Below, one piece after another: positions 7,646-17,269 of a stretch of 36,713 nucleotides of DNA (positions are counted from its first letter, which is position 1; each line of letters begins with the position of its first letter). The notes beneath the pieces were generated by a model, which worked only from the letters and a program-made list of their open reading frames with translations, had not been told where the DNA came from and ran no database searches. Origin of the DNA: Chloroflexota bacterium (GTDB lineage Bacteria; Chloroflexota; Chloroflexia; QHBQ01); assembly GCA_043754535.1 (NCBI GenBank), contig JAYUUN010000072.1, forward strand, positions 1-36,713, in the 5' to 3' direction. A program made the translations under genes and the position numbers.

Positions 7646-8671
7646 TTAAGACTTACGGATCAGGGCGAAATCGGCGATCTGCTCAAGTGCTTGGCGCGCC
7701 TCGTTGTTGGGCAAACCAGCAAGGGCAGCCTTCGCTTCGCTGCTGAACAACTGTGCTTCGCGGTGGGCGCGATCCAATGCACTCGACTGCTTGATCAGCC
7801 GGATTACTTCAGTTACCTGCTCGTCACTGGTGATATCGCCCGCAATTACATCGTAGACCATCTGGCGGGCAACAGGGTCATTCGTCTCATCAATGAACTG
7901 CATAGCAGGCAGGGTGACAGTACCCTGGCGCAGGTCGTTGCCTACGGGCTTGCCGAGGTCGGCGGTGGTACTCTCAAAGTCTAGAATGTCATCTACGATT
8001 TGGAAGGCCATCCCCAGTTGTCGCCCATAGTGTCCGAGGGCTTCTACGTCGGTTTCAGGCGCGTGGCTGATGATCGCCCCAATTTGGCAGGAGGCCTCAA
8101 ACAGTGAGGCGGTCTTAGCGTAGATGCGGCTGTAGTAGTTCTCCCGCGCCTTCTCCAACGAACGCCCAGCAGCGACCTGGCCCAGTTCACCATTCATGAT
8201 CGTCACCAAGCTGTCAGCGAAGATACGCACAGCCCGCAGCGATCCGCTTTGGGTGCAGAGGCTGGCAGCCTGGGCAAAGAGATAGTCGCCAGTCAATACT
8301 GTCGCACCGTTGCTGAGGATCGAGTTGAGGGTGGGCTTGCCCCGGCGCACCAACGAGTGGTCAACTGTATCGTCGTGGACGAGGGTGGCAGTGTGCAACA
8401 GTTCGATGGCGGTTGCGGCGAAGACCAGATGTTCAACGTCGTAGTCGTGGAAGCGAGCGGAGAGGAGCAGCACTGTGGGCCGTAGCCGCTTGCCCCCAGC
8501 GGCGATGATCGCTTCCAGCACGTCGGCGAGGAAGCTGAAGGGCATCTTTGCTACCTGACGCAACTGCTCCTCAACCAGCCCCAACTCTGGGCGCACCAGG
8601 GCGGCACGGCTGAGGGGGTTGCTGGCACGGGTGTCGCTCTCGGCGGCAGTAGCGGGACTGGGACTGATCAT
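7646..8671 (-). CDS. Polyprenyl diphosphate synthase (HepT/IspB-like)
   Basis: GGKRLRP, LVHDDTVD...RRG (FARM), KTASLF, FQIVDDILD (SARM), GKPVGNDL. Confidence 0.93.
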   Translation of the reverse strand: MISPSPATAAESDTRASNPLSRAALVRPELGLVEEQLRQVAKMPFSFLADVLEAIIAAGGKRLRPTVLLLSARFHDYDVEHLVFAATAIELLHTATLVHDDTVDHSLVRRGKPTLNSILSNGATVLTGDYLFAQAASLCTQSGSLRAVRIFADSLVTIMNGELGQVAAGRSLEKARENYYSRIYAKTASLFEASCQIGAIISHAPETDVEALGHYGRQLGMAFQIVDDILDFESTTADLGKPVGNDLRQGTVTLPAMQFIDETNDPVARQMVYDVIAGDITSDEQVTEVIRLIKQSSALDRAHREAQLFSSEAKAALAGLPNNEARQALEQIADFALIRKS

Positions 8672-8746
8672 GAGCTACCTGGCTTCCAGAACGCACCTCG
8701 TTGGTGCGGGCGATCTCGGTGGGGTGTTCATCCGCCCCTGCCCCTG

Positions 8747-8776
8747 ATTATAACCGCCTACTCAATACTTTGTCAA
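8747..8776 (-). promoter_or_regulatory. sigma70 promoter
   Basis: TTGACA-N18-TATAAT upstream of the prenyl synthase. Confidence 0.8.
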
Positions 8777-8802
8777 GATATTCACAATCTTTTAGCTACA
8801 AC

Positions 8803-8827
8803 AAAGCCGCCTCGTTGATGAGGCGGC
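8803..8827 (-). terminator. Intrinsic terminator
   Basis: GCCGCCTC-N6-GAGGCGGC followed by TTTGTTGT. Confidence 0.7.
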
Positions 8828-8845
8828 AAGGCAGCAGCAAGTTGG

Positions 8846-9469
8846 TCAGCGGATGTAGGGGCTGGTGGGTATGATGCGAATAAAATCCCGCTCCAGGTTA
8901 GCATCGCTCTCGTTGAGGTTCAGATTGCGGATTACAGTGCGACTAGCAGCAGCCATGAAATCATACTCTACGCGATCCTGCTCGGTCGAAGCCTTCTGCG
9001 GGGTATTGCGCTCAGTGGCGGCCTTCGGGGGCTGCGGGTTGAGGCGGGGCTGCACTGACTGCGCTGGCTGCGCCGTAGCGGGGCTGGCAAGGGTTTGCAC
9101 CACGCTGGTTGCTGACCGCCCGCCACCAGAAACAAGGAACGGGGCCATAGAGGGGGCTGCAACCAGCAGGAGCAACAATACTGCTAGCATACTCTGCGTC
9201 AGGCGCGGTACTGGGAAGAACAACTGGCTGTGACTGACCTGCATCTGGGTATAACGATTGCTGAAGCTGCGTTTGGCAGGCGGGGCAGGCAAGGGCTGGT
9301 TGGCGAGGATGCTATATTGCAACTTCTGCCATGCGTCGGCGGGTGGCTCGGACGTAGCTACCTGACGCTGGATCGCATGGCGAATTAGCTGCTCGGTCAC
9401 CCCTTTTTCGGCAGGCAACTGTATCGTAGGCAGGCTACCAGATTGTTGGTTAGAAACCCTGCGTGTCAT
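8846..9469 (-). CDS. Putative membrane-anchored anti-sigma factor
   Basis: Overlaps the ECF sigma 3' end by 20 nt. PPADAWQKLQ helix, one TM segment, and a P/A/Q-rich extracytoplasmic tail. Confidence 0.6.
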   Translation of the reverse strand: MTRRVSNQQSGSLPTIQLPAEKGVTEQLIRHAIQRQVATSEPPADAWQKLQYSILANQPLPAPPAKRSFSNRYTQMQVSHSQLFFPVPRLTQSMLAVLLLLLVAAPSMAPFLVSGGGRSATSVVQTLASPATAQPAQSVQPRLNPQPPKAATERNTPQKASTEQDRVEYDFMAAASRTVIRNLNLNESDANLERDFIRIIPTSPYIR

Positions 9470-10082
9470 AAATAATCTCCCTGGTTAGCTCGGCCCCCGG
9501 TGAGGTAGCAACCGCGAACTCCTTCTCCAGACTGATCCGCAACACCTGGCGGGCATAGTGTAGGCGCGACTTGACGGTGCCGACCGGGCAATCCAGGATG
9601 TAGCTGATTTCTGGCAAGGAAAACTCTTGCAAGTAGTGAAGGACAACGACGACGCGATGCTTGAGCGGTAGCTTGTTGATTGCTTTTTGCAGGGTAGCAC
9701 TAAGTTCACTGTGTTCGGCAGCCTGCTCTGGAGAGCGGCTAGGGTCGGCAAAGAGGCGTTCGGCAAGGTTCTCCAACGGCTCCAACCAGGAGCGACGTTT
9801 CTTCAGCACATTGCAGCTAAGATTAACTGCCACCCGGTGCAGCCAGGGAGAGAGTGGCACGTCGGTGTTGATCCGATTGATGTTTTGATAGGTCTTGAGG
9901 AAACAGTCTTGCAGCACTTCTTCAGCCGCCCCGCTATCCCGCGTGACCGCCAGCGCAGTGCGGTAGATCATCCCCTTGTAGCGTATAAATAGCTGCTCGA
10001 AGGCATTTAGATCGCCTCCTTGCACGCGGATCACCAACGTAGCGTCATCAACGCTGGTTGCGCCAACCTGTGTGTCTGGCAT
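9450..10082 (-). CDS. ECF-family RNA polymerase sigma factor
   Basis: GDLNAFEQL, AEEVLQDCF, WLHRVAVN (region 2) and EISYILDCPVGTVKSRL (region 4). The ATG after CAGGAAA was chosen as start. Confidence 0.92.
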   Translation of the reverse strand: MPDTQVGATSVDDATLVIRVQGGDLNAFEQLFIRYKGMIYRTALAVTRDSGAAEEVLQDCFLKTYQNINRINTDVPLSPWLHRVAVNLSCNVLKKRRSWLEPLENLAERLFADPSRSPEQAAEHSELSATLQKAINKLPLKHRVVVVLHYLQEFSLPEISYILDCPVGTVKSRLHYARQVLRISLEKEFAVATSPGAELTREIIYDTQGF

Positions 10083-10280
10083 ATTGTTTTCCTGTGTGCG
10101 TGCTGACACAGACGAACCTGGGCGGCAGCCCTTCGGCACATTCGTGTCCACTACGATCCTCTCGCCCCAAACCCTGGGCGGCAGCGCAGAGCTATACACC
10201 ATATACCGATGCTGGGCGAGATCGGTTCAATCTAAGGCTCTCTATTCAGCAGACTTTAACCCTAAATACGGGATTGCCAT

Positions 10281-10309
10281 ATGCTACCACAGGTGGTTGA
10301 GGGAGTCAA
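10281..10309 (-). promoter_or_regulatory. sigma70-like promoter upstream of the ECF sigma
   Basis: TTGACT-N17-TAGCAT with extended TG. Confidence 0.5.
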
Positions 10310-10409
10310 GTTTGAGCCAGGCGAGGTGAACGTTCGCGGTTGCGGTGACGAGGTGGCGTACTCCCATGGCTTGACGCACTCTCGGCGCGTGGGCTGGCCT
10401 GCTGGTTTA

Positions 10410-11603
10410 CTACGTGGGTGGGCGCAGTGCATCACCAGCAAGGCGCAGGCGGCGGGCGGCTTCGTCCAACGTCGGCTCGACTTTGGCGAAGCAGAAGCGG
10501 GCGAGGTGGCGGGCTGCTACCCGGTCGCTCGCCTGGTAGAAGGCAGAGGGTGGGATGCAAGCCACCCCCACTTCGGTGGTCAGGTAGCGGGCAAAGGCTA
10601 CATCGTCGCTGAAGCCAAAGGCGGTGGTGTCGGCCATCGTAAAGTAGGTACCCTGCGGATTGAGCGGGGTGAGGCCGCCAGCGATGAGGGCTGCGGCCAG
10701 CTTGTCGCGCTTGGCGGCGTACATGGCAGCGAAGTCGGTGTAGTAGCCCCGCTCGTCCGCCTCGATCAGAGCGACGGCGGCAGCGACCTGGAAAGGGGTG
10801 GCTGTAGCGAAGGTAACAAACTGATGGACGCGGCGGACGGCGGCGGTCAGGTCGGCAGGGGCAGTCAGGTAGCCGATCTTCCACCCGGTCAGGCTGAAGG
10901 TCTTGCCCGTGCTGTTGACCGTCACCGTGCGTTCGCGCATCCCTGGCAAGCTCGCCAGCGCAACGTGCTGGTTGCCATCGAACAGTAGATGCTCGTACAC
11001 CTCGTCGGCCACCGCCAGCGCATCGTACTGCTGGCAGAGAGCGGCGATCAACTCAAGCTCAGCGCGGCAGTACACCTTGCCGGTCGGGTTGTGCGGCGTG
11101 TTGACTATCACCGCCTTCGTGCGCTGGCTGAATGCCGCTCGCAACTCCCCCTCGTCAATGTGCCAGTCAGGGGCGTGCAGGGTGACGTAGCGTGGCACGC
11201 CGCCCGCCATCACCACGTCGGGTGGGTAGGCATCGTAGAAGGGCTGGAAAATCACCACCTCGTCGCCCGGCTCGATCAAGGCCTGTAGCGTGCTGAACAG
11301 AGCCTCGGTTGCGCCGCTGGTCACCGTCACCTCGGCCTCGGCATCATACTGTAGGCCATAGTGCCGCTGCAACTTTGCGGCAATCGCCTGGCGCAAGGCG
11401 GGCAAACCAGGTGAGGGGGCGTATTGATTTTGGTCGGCGTTGATTGCCGCCACCGCCGCCTGCTTGACGTACTCTGGGCCGGGGAAGTCGGGGAAGCCCT
11501 GGGAGAGATTGACGGCGTTGTGTTCAAGCGCGAGACGGCTCATCTCGCTAAAGATCGAAGTGCCAAAGCTGCGGATGCGGGTGGCCGCGTGGTCACTGAT
11601 CAT
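10410..11603 (-). CDS. PLP-dependent aminotransferase class I/II (YbdL/kynurenine aminotransferase-like)
   Basis: VNLSQGFPD, NTPHNPTG, DEVYE, STGKTFSLTGWKIG (PLP lysine), RFCFAK. AAGGAGG SD. Confidence 0.92.
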   Translation of the reverse strand: MISDHAATRIRSFGTSIFSEMSRLALEHNAVNLSQGFPDFPGPEYVKQAAVAAINADQNQYAPSPGLPALRQAIAAKLQRHYGLQYDAEAEVTVTSGATEALFSTLQALIEPGDEVVIFQPFYDAYPPDVVMAGGVPRYVTLHAPDWHIDEGELRAAFSQRTKAVIVNTPHNPTGKVYCRAELELIAALCQQYDALAVADEVYEHLLFDGNQHVALASLPGMRERTVTVNSTGKTFSLTGWKIGYLTAPADLTAAVRRVHQFVTFATATPFQVAAAVALIEADERGYYTDFAAMYAAKRDKLAAALIAGGLTPLNPQGTYFTMADTTAFGFSDDVAFARYLTTEVGVACIPPSAFYQASDRVAARHLARFCFAKVEPTLDEAARRLRLAGDALRPPT

Positions 11604-11663
11604 GGTGGCGCACCTCCTTGTGCGAAGGGTAATGGATGATAACCTATTATAGCACGATCTCCC

Positions 11664-13310
11664 CTACTGCCCCTCGACCGCGTAGAGAGTGATGCGACTG
11701 TCGCCTGCGATCAGGTTGTTGGCAAGGTCGTACTGCTGCACCGGGCGCAACCAGGGTGGCAGGTCACCGATCTCCTGCTGCAACCAGCGCGGGTAGTAGA
11801 GCAGGTAGGTGACGCGTTGGGCGCGCAAGTAAGGCCAGGTGGCGGGCCAATCCTTGTAGCGGCCAAGCTGGGGGCTAGTGGTCAGGCCCACCACGTCCAC
11901 CAGCCGTCTGTCACTGAGCAGGCCCAGTGCGCCCGCCGGTTCGACCGCCACCACTGCATCGGCGGGAGTGTGCGCTTGCAGCCAGCGGGCGGGCTGGATG
12001 TGCGCGGTGTAGATGTTGCCCGCTTCCACTGCGTAGCGGCTGCCCGCCCACTCGCGCGCGTACCAGCCGCCGACTAGCACCAGCCCGGCCAGCACCGCTG
12101 CCGTCAACCAACCAGGAGTATTAACCCGCCAGTCGGTCAGGGCCAGGCTGAGGGCAGTCCTACCGATCAGCACGATGGTGACGAGCGGCAGCATGGGCAG
12201 CAGATAGCGGTTCTCCTGCCCGAACCAACTGAGGCTGAAGCTGAGGGCAAGATAGTAAGCGACGATCAGGGTGGAAAAGAGGGCCAGCGTATGGGGCTGC
12301 TCCACCTTTGCCTGCCGGTTAGGCGTGGGTGAGCGGCGGAAGCGTTGCCAGCCCGCGACTGCGATCACCACCCCAGTAATGGCGATGCCAGCAAAGAGCA
12401 GCACCGTCAGCCAGTGGCCGTCCTGCCAGAGTTGCACCGTCGCCTGGCCCAGCTTGCCGGGGCTGAAGGGGCGCACCTTTGCGTAGAAGCTGCTGGGCAA
12501 GGGGCGGCCATAGCCAAGATAGTAGATCGTCAGCAGCAGCCCGGTCAGGCCAGCACTACCCGCCAGCAGGCGCATCGCTCCACGCCAGGGCCAGCGACCG
12601 AGTAGCGCAGCCGCAAACACCACGCCGAGGAAGACAGCAGTCAGCACCAACAACTCAGGCCGCGCCCAGGGTAGCAGACCAATCGCCAGCACCCCCGGCC
12701 AGTCCCCCTCATAGCGGAGATCGCGCAGGTCGCGCAGGAACAGATAGCAGGCTAGCAGCACCATTGCCAGCGAGAGTGGTAGTTCGAGGCCAGAGAGGGC
12801 GGCCCAGATTACTTGCGGGTTCAGCAGCACTGCTAGCATGGTGATCACTGGCAGCAACCGCCCAGTCGCAGGCAGCAATGGGCTGATCACCTCCTGCGTC
12901 AGCCGATAGCTCAACCAGGCGGTAAGAGCCAGCAGCAAAGTTCCCAGCAGGTAGGCACTGCCCACCGCCAGCGTCAGTATGTCGCTGCTGAACAGGCGCA
13001 ACAGCAGGCGGGCGGGGAGCAACAGCAGATACCAGAGCAGGCTAGTAACCCCGCCACTCTGTTCGCCAGGGTTGTACTGGAAGAAGTGACCTTCACTGGC
13101 GTAGCGCACGTAGTTGCTGTAGATGTAGCCGTCGTCAATCGGGAAGCCAGGAACGGCCAGTTGCGGGTTGAGGAAGCGGTTAACCCGCAGGTAGATGATC
13201 ACCAGCAGCAAGCTAGCGGCTAGCAAGGCAAGATAGAGGGTCGGCCCGCCAGCCCGCAGGTCGGCATAGATTCTGCTAGCCCAGCGGCGGGTACGCGCAC
13301 GTTCGCTCAT
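11664..13310 (-). CDS. Polytopic membrane protein, probable GT-C fold glycosyltransferase
   Basis: DDGYIY..Y motif after TM1, G.TSLLW, SGLE, ARPE, RYLLP, about 11-12 hydrophobic segments, and a soluble C-terminal domain. Confidence 0.75.
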   Translation of the reverse strand: MSERARTRRWASRIYADLRAGGPTLYLALLAASLLLVIIYLRVNRFLNPQLAVPGFPIDDGYIYSNYVRYASEGHFFQYNPGEQSGGVTSLLWYLLLLPARLLLRLFSSDILTLAVGSAYLLGTLLLALTAWLSYRLTQEVISPLLPATGRLLPVITMLAVLLNPQVIWAALSGLELPLSLAMVLLACYLFLRDLRDLRYEGDWPGVLAIGLLPWARPELLVLTAVFLGVVFAAALLGRWPWRGAMRLLAGSAGLTGLLLTIYYLGYGRPLPSSFYAKVRPFSPGKLGQATVQLWQDGHWLTVLLFAGIAITGVVIAVAGWQRFRRSPTPNRQAKVEQPHTLALFSTLIVAYYLALSFSLSWFGQENRYLLPMLPLVTIVLIGRTALSLALTDWRVNTPGWLTAAVLAGLVLVGGWYAREWAGSRYAVEAGNIYTAHIQPARWLQAHTPADAVVAVEPAGALGLLSDRRLVDVVGLTTSPQLGRYKDWPATWPYLRAQRVTYLLYYPRWLQQEIGDLPPWLRPVQQYDLANNLIAGDSRITLYAVEGQ

Positions 13311-13315
13311 GCTGC

Positions 13316-13324
13316 ATTATAGCA
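13316..13324 (-). promoter_or_regulatory. Extended -10 of a probably leaderless transcript
   Basis: TGCTATAAT ends 5 nt before ATG 13310; no SD. Confidence 0.6.
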
Positions 13325-13398
13325 TACCGCCAGCCAGTAACAGCAACTGTGGCTTTGCGTTACACAAGGGCAGAGATCATACATTGGAGATGAGTAAG

Positions 13399-14595
13399 AT
13401 GGAAGACCAGGTACAAATACCCGCTACTCCACCCCCCAGTGGCCCAAACGTGCGGCGGGTGATGGCCTATACTGCCGCAGTAGGAGCGACCTTGCTCGGC
13501 TTCTACCTGCTCTATCGGGTGCTGTCGATCATCGTTCTCTTCTTCTTCTGCATCATCATCGCGACTGCCCTGGAGCCGGTAGTCACCCGCTTGCGGCATG
13601 GCCCGTTTAGCCGCATCCAGGGCATCATCGTCATTTACGTGGTCATCTTTGCGATCATCGGCGGCATCATCACCCTGACGGTGCCAGTGGTCGTCAATGC
13701 CGGTTCCAGCTTCGTCAACGAACTACCCAGCATTCAGCGACGGGCAGTGGACGAGATCGGCAAATGGGGCCACAACGTCTTCACCGACCAGGCGACTGAC
13801 TTCATCCGCAAGTTTGACTTCAGCCAGGTCAGCAAGGGTTCAGGAGCCGAGGGCATGAGCCTTGCCCTGGACGCGGCCAGCTTCGTCTTCCAACTGGTGA
13901 TCGCCTTTGTGCTGATCTTCTACTGGCTGGTAGAGCGGGTGACGATCAAGCGCAGCCTTACATCTTACTTCAGCACCAGTACCGCCAGCAAGATGCGCCG
14001 CGTCTGGGACGACATCGAGGAGAAGGTGGGGGCGTGGGTGCGCGGCCAACTATTCCTCATGATCTTCATTGGGGTGGCGGCGGCTATCGTCTACACGCTA
14101 ATGGGTCTGGAATACGTGCCAGTGCTAGCCTTGATCGCCGGGCTGTTTGAGCTTGTGCCAGTGGTCGGCCCCTGGTTGGCTGCCGTACCAACCATCGTGA
14201 TTACGATCACCTACAAGCCAGAGATGCTAGTCTGGGTGCTGGTCTACTCAGTGGTGATCCAGTTGTTCGAGGGCAACTTCCTCGTTCCCCGCGTGATGGG
14301 CGAAACAGTTGGAGTCAGCCCGCTACTGGTGCTGGTCAGCCTGCTGATCGGCGAGACCATCGCGGGGGTGACGGGTGCGCTGCTAGCGGTGCCGCTGGCC
14401 GCTGCGATCCAGGTGACGATCCAGGACATCCGCCGGGTAGCCGCCGAGGAAGTGGGTGAGCGCAAAGTGATCGAGCCGCCCGGCAGCCCCAACGTCAGTG
14501 GCACGGTGGCGGAGGGCGGCCTGGGTAGCAGTACCAATGGCCCGCTCTTTGGCGAGGAAACAACCACGCCAGAGCAGACAGCGGTCTCAGCCTAG
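13399..14595 (+). CDS. AI-2E family transporter
   Basis: ALEPVV..L, WVRGQL, ELVPVVGP, QLFEGNFLVPRVMG..VGVSP motifs. GGAG SD; alternative start at 13390. Confidence 0.9.
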   Translation: MEDQVQIPATPPPSGPNVRRVMAYTAAVGATLLGFYLLYRVLSIIVLFFFCIIIATALEPVVTRLRHGPFSRIQGIIVIYVVIFAIIGGIITLTVPVVVNAGSSFVNELPSIQRRAVDEIGKWGHNVFTDQATDFIRKFDFSQVSKGSGAEGMSLALDAASFVFQLVIAFVLIFYWLVERVTIKRSLTSYFSTSTASKMRRVWDDIEEKVGAWVRGQLFLMIFIGVAAAIVYTLMGLEYVPVLALIAGLFELVPVVGPWLAAVPTIVITITYKPEMLVWVLVYSVVIQLFEGNFLVPRVMGETVGVSPLLVLVSLLIGETIAGVTGALLAVPLAAAIQVTIQDIRRVAAEEVGERKVIEPPGSPNVSGTVAEGGLGSSTNGPLFGEETTTPEQTAVSA

Positions 14596-15998
14596 AACTG
14601 CACCCGATCCACCTCTGCTGCATGGCCGAACTGCGCCCGCGCCTCGGCCATGACGAAGATCGAGCCGGTGCAGCAGATCAGGTCGCGTGGCCCAGCCAAT
14701 TCCTGGGCCAGCCGCAGGGCATCCGTCACGTCTTCGGTGATATGAAGCACAGCAGTGGGGTTGGCAAGGGCGGCAGCGGTTGCGAGGCTGGCTGGGTCGC
14801 TGGCCCGCAGGTGGCGGGAGCGGGTAACGATCAGCACAGCGGCGGGGGGCGCAAGGATGCTGACGATCTCCGCTGGGGCGTGGGTCGCGCTGGTGCCGAG
14901 GATCAGGATTATTCGCTCGTAGTCGAACAGGTCATGGTTGCTCAGGTCGTCGCGCAGCCGCAGGGCGGCATCTGGGTTGTGTGCGCCGTCTACCACGAGC
15001 AGGGGGCTGCCCTGCTGATCGGCTAGCACCTCCAACCGCCCCGGCCATTGCGCCCCCGCCAGCCCCACTTGCACTGCGCTCAGCGGAAGTTGTGGCACGG
15101 CTAGCAAGGCAGCGGCAACGGCGGTAGGGGCATTGTCACGCTGGTAAGCACCCAGCAACGGCAGGCTGACTGCGAGCGGCGGCAGGTTCGCGCCCGCTGT
15201 CGGGAAGTCGGCAGCGAAAGCGAGGCTGAACTGCTGGCTGGCCGCCGCTCTCTGCCCAGGCAGGCGCAGCAGACGTTCGCTACCCGCCACGATCCAAAGT
15301 TCTTCGCCAACATGGGTGAGGGGGGCTTCGCGGATGTCGGCTACCGCGTCCAGCACCAGGCGCACTGCGTCAACCTGTTGGCTGCTGACGGCGGGGATGT
15401 TAGGCTTGATTATCCCGCCCTTCGCGGCAGCGATCTGGCTCAGGGTCGTTCCCAACACGTCCACATGGTCGAGACTGATGCTGGTGAGGACGGCGGCGGC
15501 AGGGGTAACCACGTTGGTGGGGTCGAATGCGCCGCCAATACCCGTCTCTACCACCACCCAATCTGGCTGTTCGGCGGCGAAGTAGAGGAAGGCCAAAGCA
15601 GTCCCCCACTCAAACAGCCCCGGCGTGCCGAGGTCAGGGTGCTGTTGCTGCAAGCTGGCAAACAAGGTGGGGAAGCGGCTGACGATAGCAGCCACCTCAG
15701 CTTCCCCAATCAGTCGGTCACCGATACGGATGCGTTCGCGGTAGCTGTGGATGTGCGGTGAGGTGTAGAGGCCGACGCGGTAGCCAGCCGCCATCAGGAT
15801 GCTCTGGATCAGCCGCGAAGTGCTACCCTTGCCCTTCGTCCCCGCCACGTGGATGCTGCGGAAGCGGTTCTGCGGCTGGTCAAGCAGGCTCATCAGTGCG
15901 CTGAAGCGGTTGAAGCTGAGCGCAGTGTGAGTGTCGGCCTTGCCACGCATCAGCCTCGCAAAGCTGTAGAGGTACTCTATCGCTGCATCGTAGTCCAT
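14592..15998 (-). CDS. folC: Folylpolyglutamate synthase / dihydrofolate synthase
   Basis: HVAGTKGKGS, LYTSPHI..YRERI, ETGIGG.FDPTN, SLDH..LG, WPGRLE, DGAHNP. Start uncertain (15998 or 16034). Confidence 0.93.
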   Translation of the reverse strand: MDYDAAIEYLYSFARLMRGKADTHTALSFNRFSALMSLLDQPQNRFRSIHVAGTKGKGSTSRLIQSILMAAGYRVGLYTSPHIHSYRERIRIGDRLIGEAEVAAIVSRFPTLFASLQQQHPDLGTPGLFEWGTALAFLYFAAEQPDWVVVETGIGGAFDPTNVVTPAAAVLTSISLDHVDVLGTTLSQIAAAKGGIIKPNIPAVSSQQVDAVRLVLDAVADIREAPLTHVGEELWIVAGSERLLRLPGQRAAASQQFSLAFAADFPTAGANLPPLAVSLPLLGAYQRDNAPTAVAAALLAVPQLPLSAVQVGLAGAQWPGRLEVLADQQGSPLLVVDGAHNPDAALRLRDDLSNHDLFDYERIILILGTSATHAPAEIVSILAPPAAVLIVTRSRHLRASDPASLATAAALANPTAVLHITEDVTDALRLAQELAGPRDLICCTGSIFVMAEARAQFGHAAEVDRVQF

Positions 15999-16079
15999 CG
16001 CGCCCGCCTGTGCTGGGAGTTGGCTGTTCGCCAACGCTATTCTACACCATCCTACCAGCCAGCGTGCGCCCTGCGCTGC

Positions 16080-16844
16080 TCATTCTGGCAGCAGCGACCA
16101 GCCGTGGGCGGCGGCGTGGGCGGCCAACCGCCGATCAGGGGCGACAGCGGTGGGGTGGCCGAACAGCGAGAGCAGAGGGATGTCGCCACCACCATCCGCA
16201 TAGCAGTAGCTAGCCTGCCAGTCGGGGGTCAGCGACTCGGCCCTAAGCAGCCGCTCCAATCCTTCGAGCTTGCGCCTGCCATAGTTGACCCCATGCGTGA
16301 GGCTACCAGTGTACCTGCCACCTGCGCTGTCGAGGTCGCTACCAACCGCATAGTCCATGCCCAAGTCATCAGCCAGCACGCGCAGCAGGTCTGTCCAGGT
16401 GCCAGAGACGATAGCGGTGCGGCAACCCTCAGCCTGGTGCTGGCGCAGCCTGGCGATCACGCTCTCGCGCAGCAGTGGCTTGATGTGTTCTTGCACCATA
16501 TAGCTGAAGTGCTGCTGGCTAGGAGCTACCTCGTCACCACGCAGCAAATCGCGGCTCATGTTTGTTTGCCAGCGTTGCAGGAAGGCTACGTCGTCAATCA
16601 GTCCCAGCTTCTTGAGGAAGTAGAAGGGGACATTGCGCGCGAGGAAGAAACGAACCTGGTTGCGCTTCAGTCCGCGGCTGGCATAACTTTGGGCAACGAT
16701 GCGCCCGCTCTGGCCCTTGATCAGCGTGCCGTCGAAATCGAAGACCGCCAGCTTGACCAGCCCGCTACCATCCTGGCTGAAAGCAAGATCGTGGTGCTTC
16801 TCCTCTATTTCCTCGCGGGGGAGGGCTGGGTGGGAGTAAGTCAT
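16080..16844 (-). CDS. HAD-superfamily subfamily IB hydrolase (SerB-like)
   Basis: VFDFDGTL, IVSG, K, and YADGGGDIPLL motifs. ATGA overlap with the thioesterase stop. Confidence 0.85.
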   Translation of the reverse strand: MTYSHPALPREEIEEKHHDLAFSQDGSGLVKLAVFDFDGTLIKGQSGRIVAQSYASRGLKRNQVRFFLARNVPFYFLKKLGLIDDVAFLQRWQTNMSRDLLRGDEVAPSQQHFSYMVQEHIKPLLRESVIARLRQHQAEGCRTAIVSGTWTDLLRVLADDLGMDYAVGSDLDSAGGRYTGSLTHGVNYGRRKLEGLERLLRAESLTPDWQASYCYADGGGDIPLLSLFGHPTAVAPDRRLAAHAAAHGWSLLPE

Positions 16845-17269
16845 AGGGCGGCCTCCGCTGCCTGGAACTTCGACAGCAACTCTGGCGGGATCGGGATCGG
16901 GCGCAGAGTCTGGTTGACGAAGCAGCCAGTCTGCCGCGCAACCGCGTGCAGCGTCTCGCCAACGACGAACTCTGCCGCCAGGCTGAAGCTGGTCTTGCCA
17001 TACTCGGCGATCCACATTCGGCCCAGCGGCTGGTCGAACAAGCGCAGGGGCCGTTTGTACTCGATCTCAGTCTTGATTAGGATCGGGCCGATCCCCTGGG
17101 CGATCTGTGCTTCCAGCGGGAAGTGGATCGCCAGCGAGTGCAGACGCAGGTCTTCTAGCCAACGCACGTAGACGATGTTGCTGACAATGCCAGCGTAGTC
17201 AATATCGTAGGTGCGGATCGGGATCGCCACTTCGACCGCAAGCGGCTTGCCGCTAGTTGGTGTACTCAC
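16841..17269 (-). CDS. Acyl-CoA thioesterase (4HBT/YbgC-FadM hot-dog fold)
   Basis: RTYDIDYAGIVSNIVYVRWLE and IEYKRPL motifs. Confidence 0.9.
   Translation of the reverse strand: MSTPTSGKPLAVEVAIPIRTYDIDYAGIVSNIVYVRWLEDLRLHSLAIHFPLEAQIAQGIGPILIKTEIEYKRPLRLFDQPLGRMWIAEYGKTSFSLAAEFVVGETLHAVARQTGCFVNQTLRPIPIPPELLSKFQAAEAAL

Noticed and set aside
10281..10988. 235-aa plus-strand ORF
   Set aside because: Antisense to the aminotransferase, with no SD or domain signal.
15849..17171. 440-aa plus-strand ORF
   Set aside because: Antisense to the folC, HAD and thioesterase genes, with no recognisable motifs; typical shadow ORF of GC-rich DNA.
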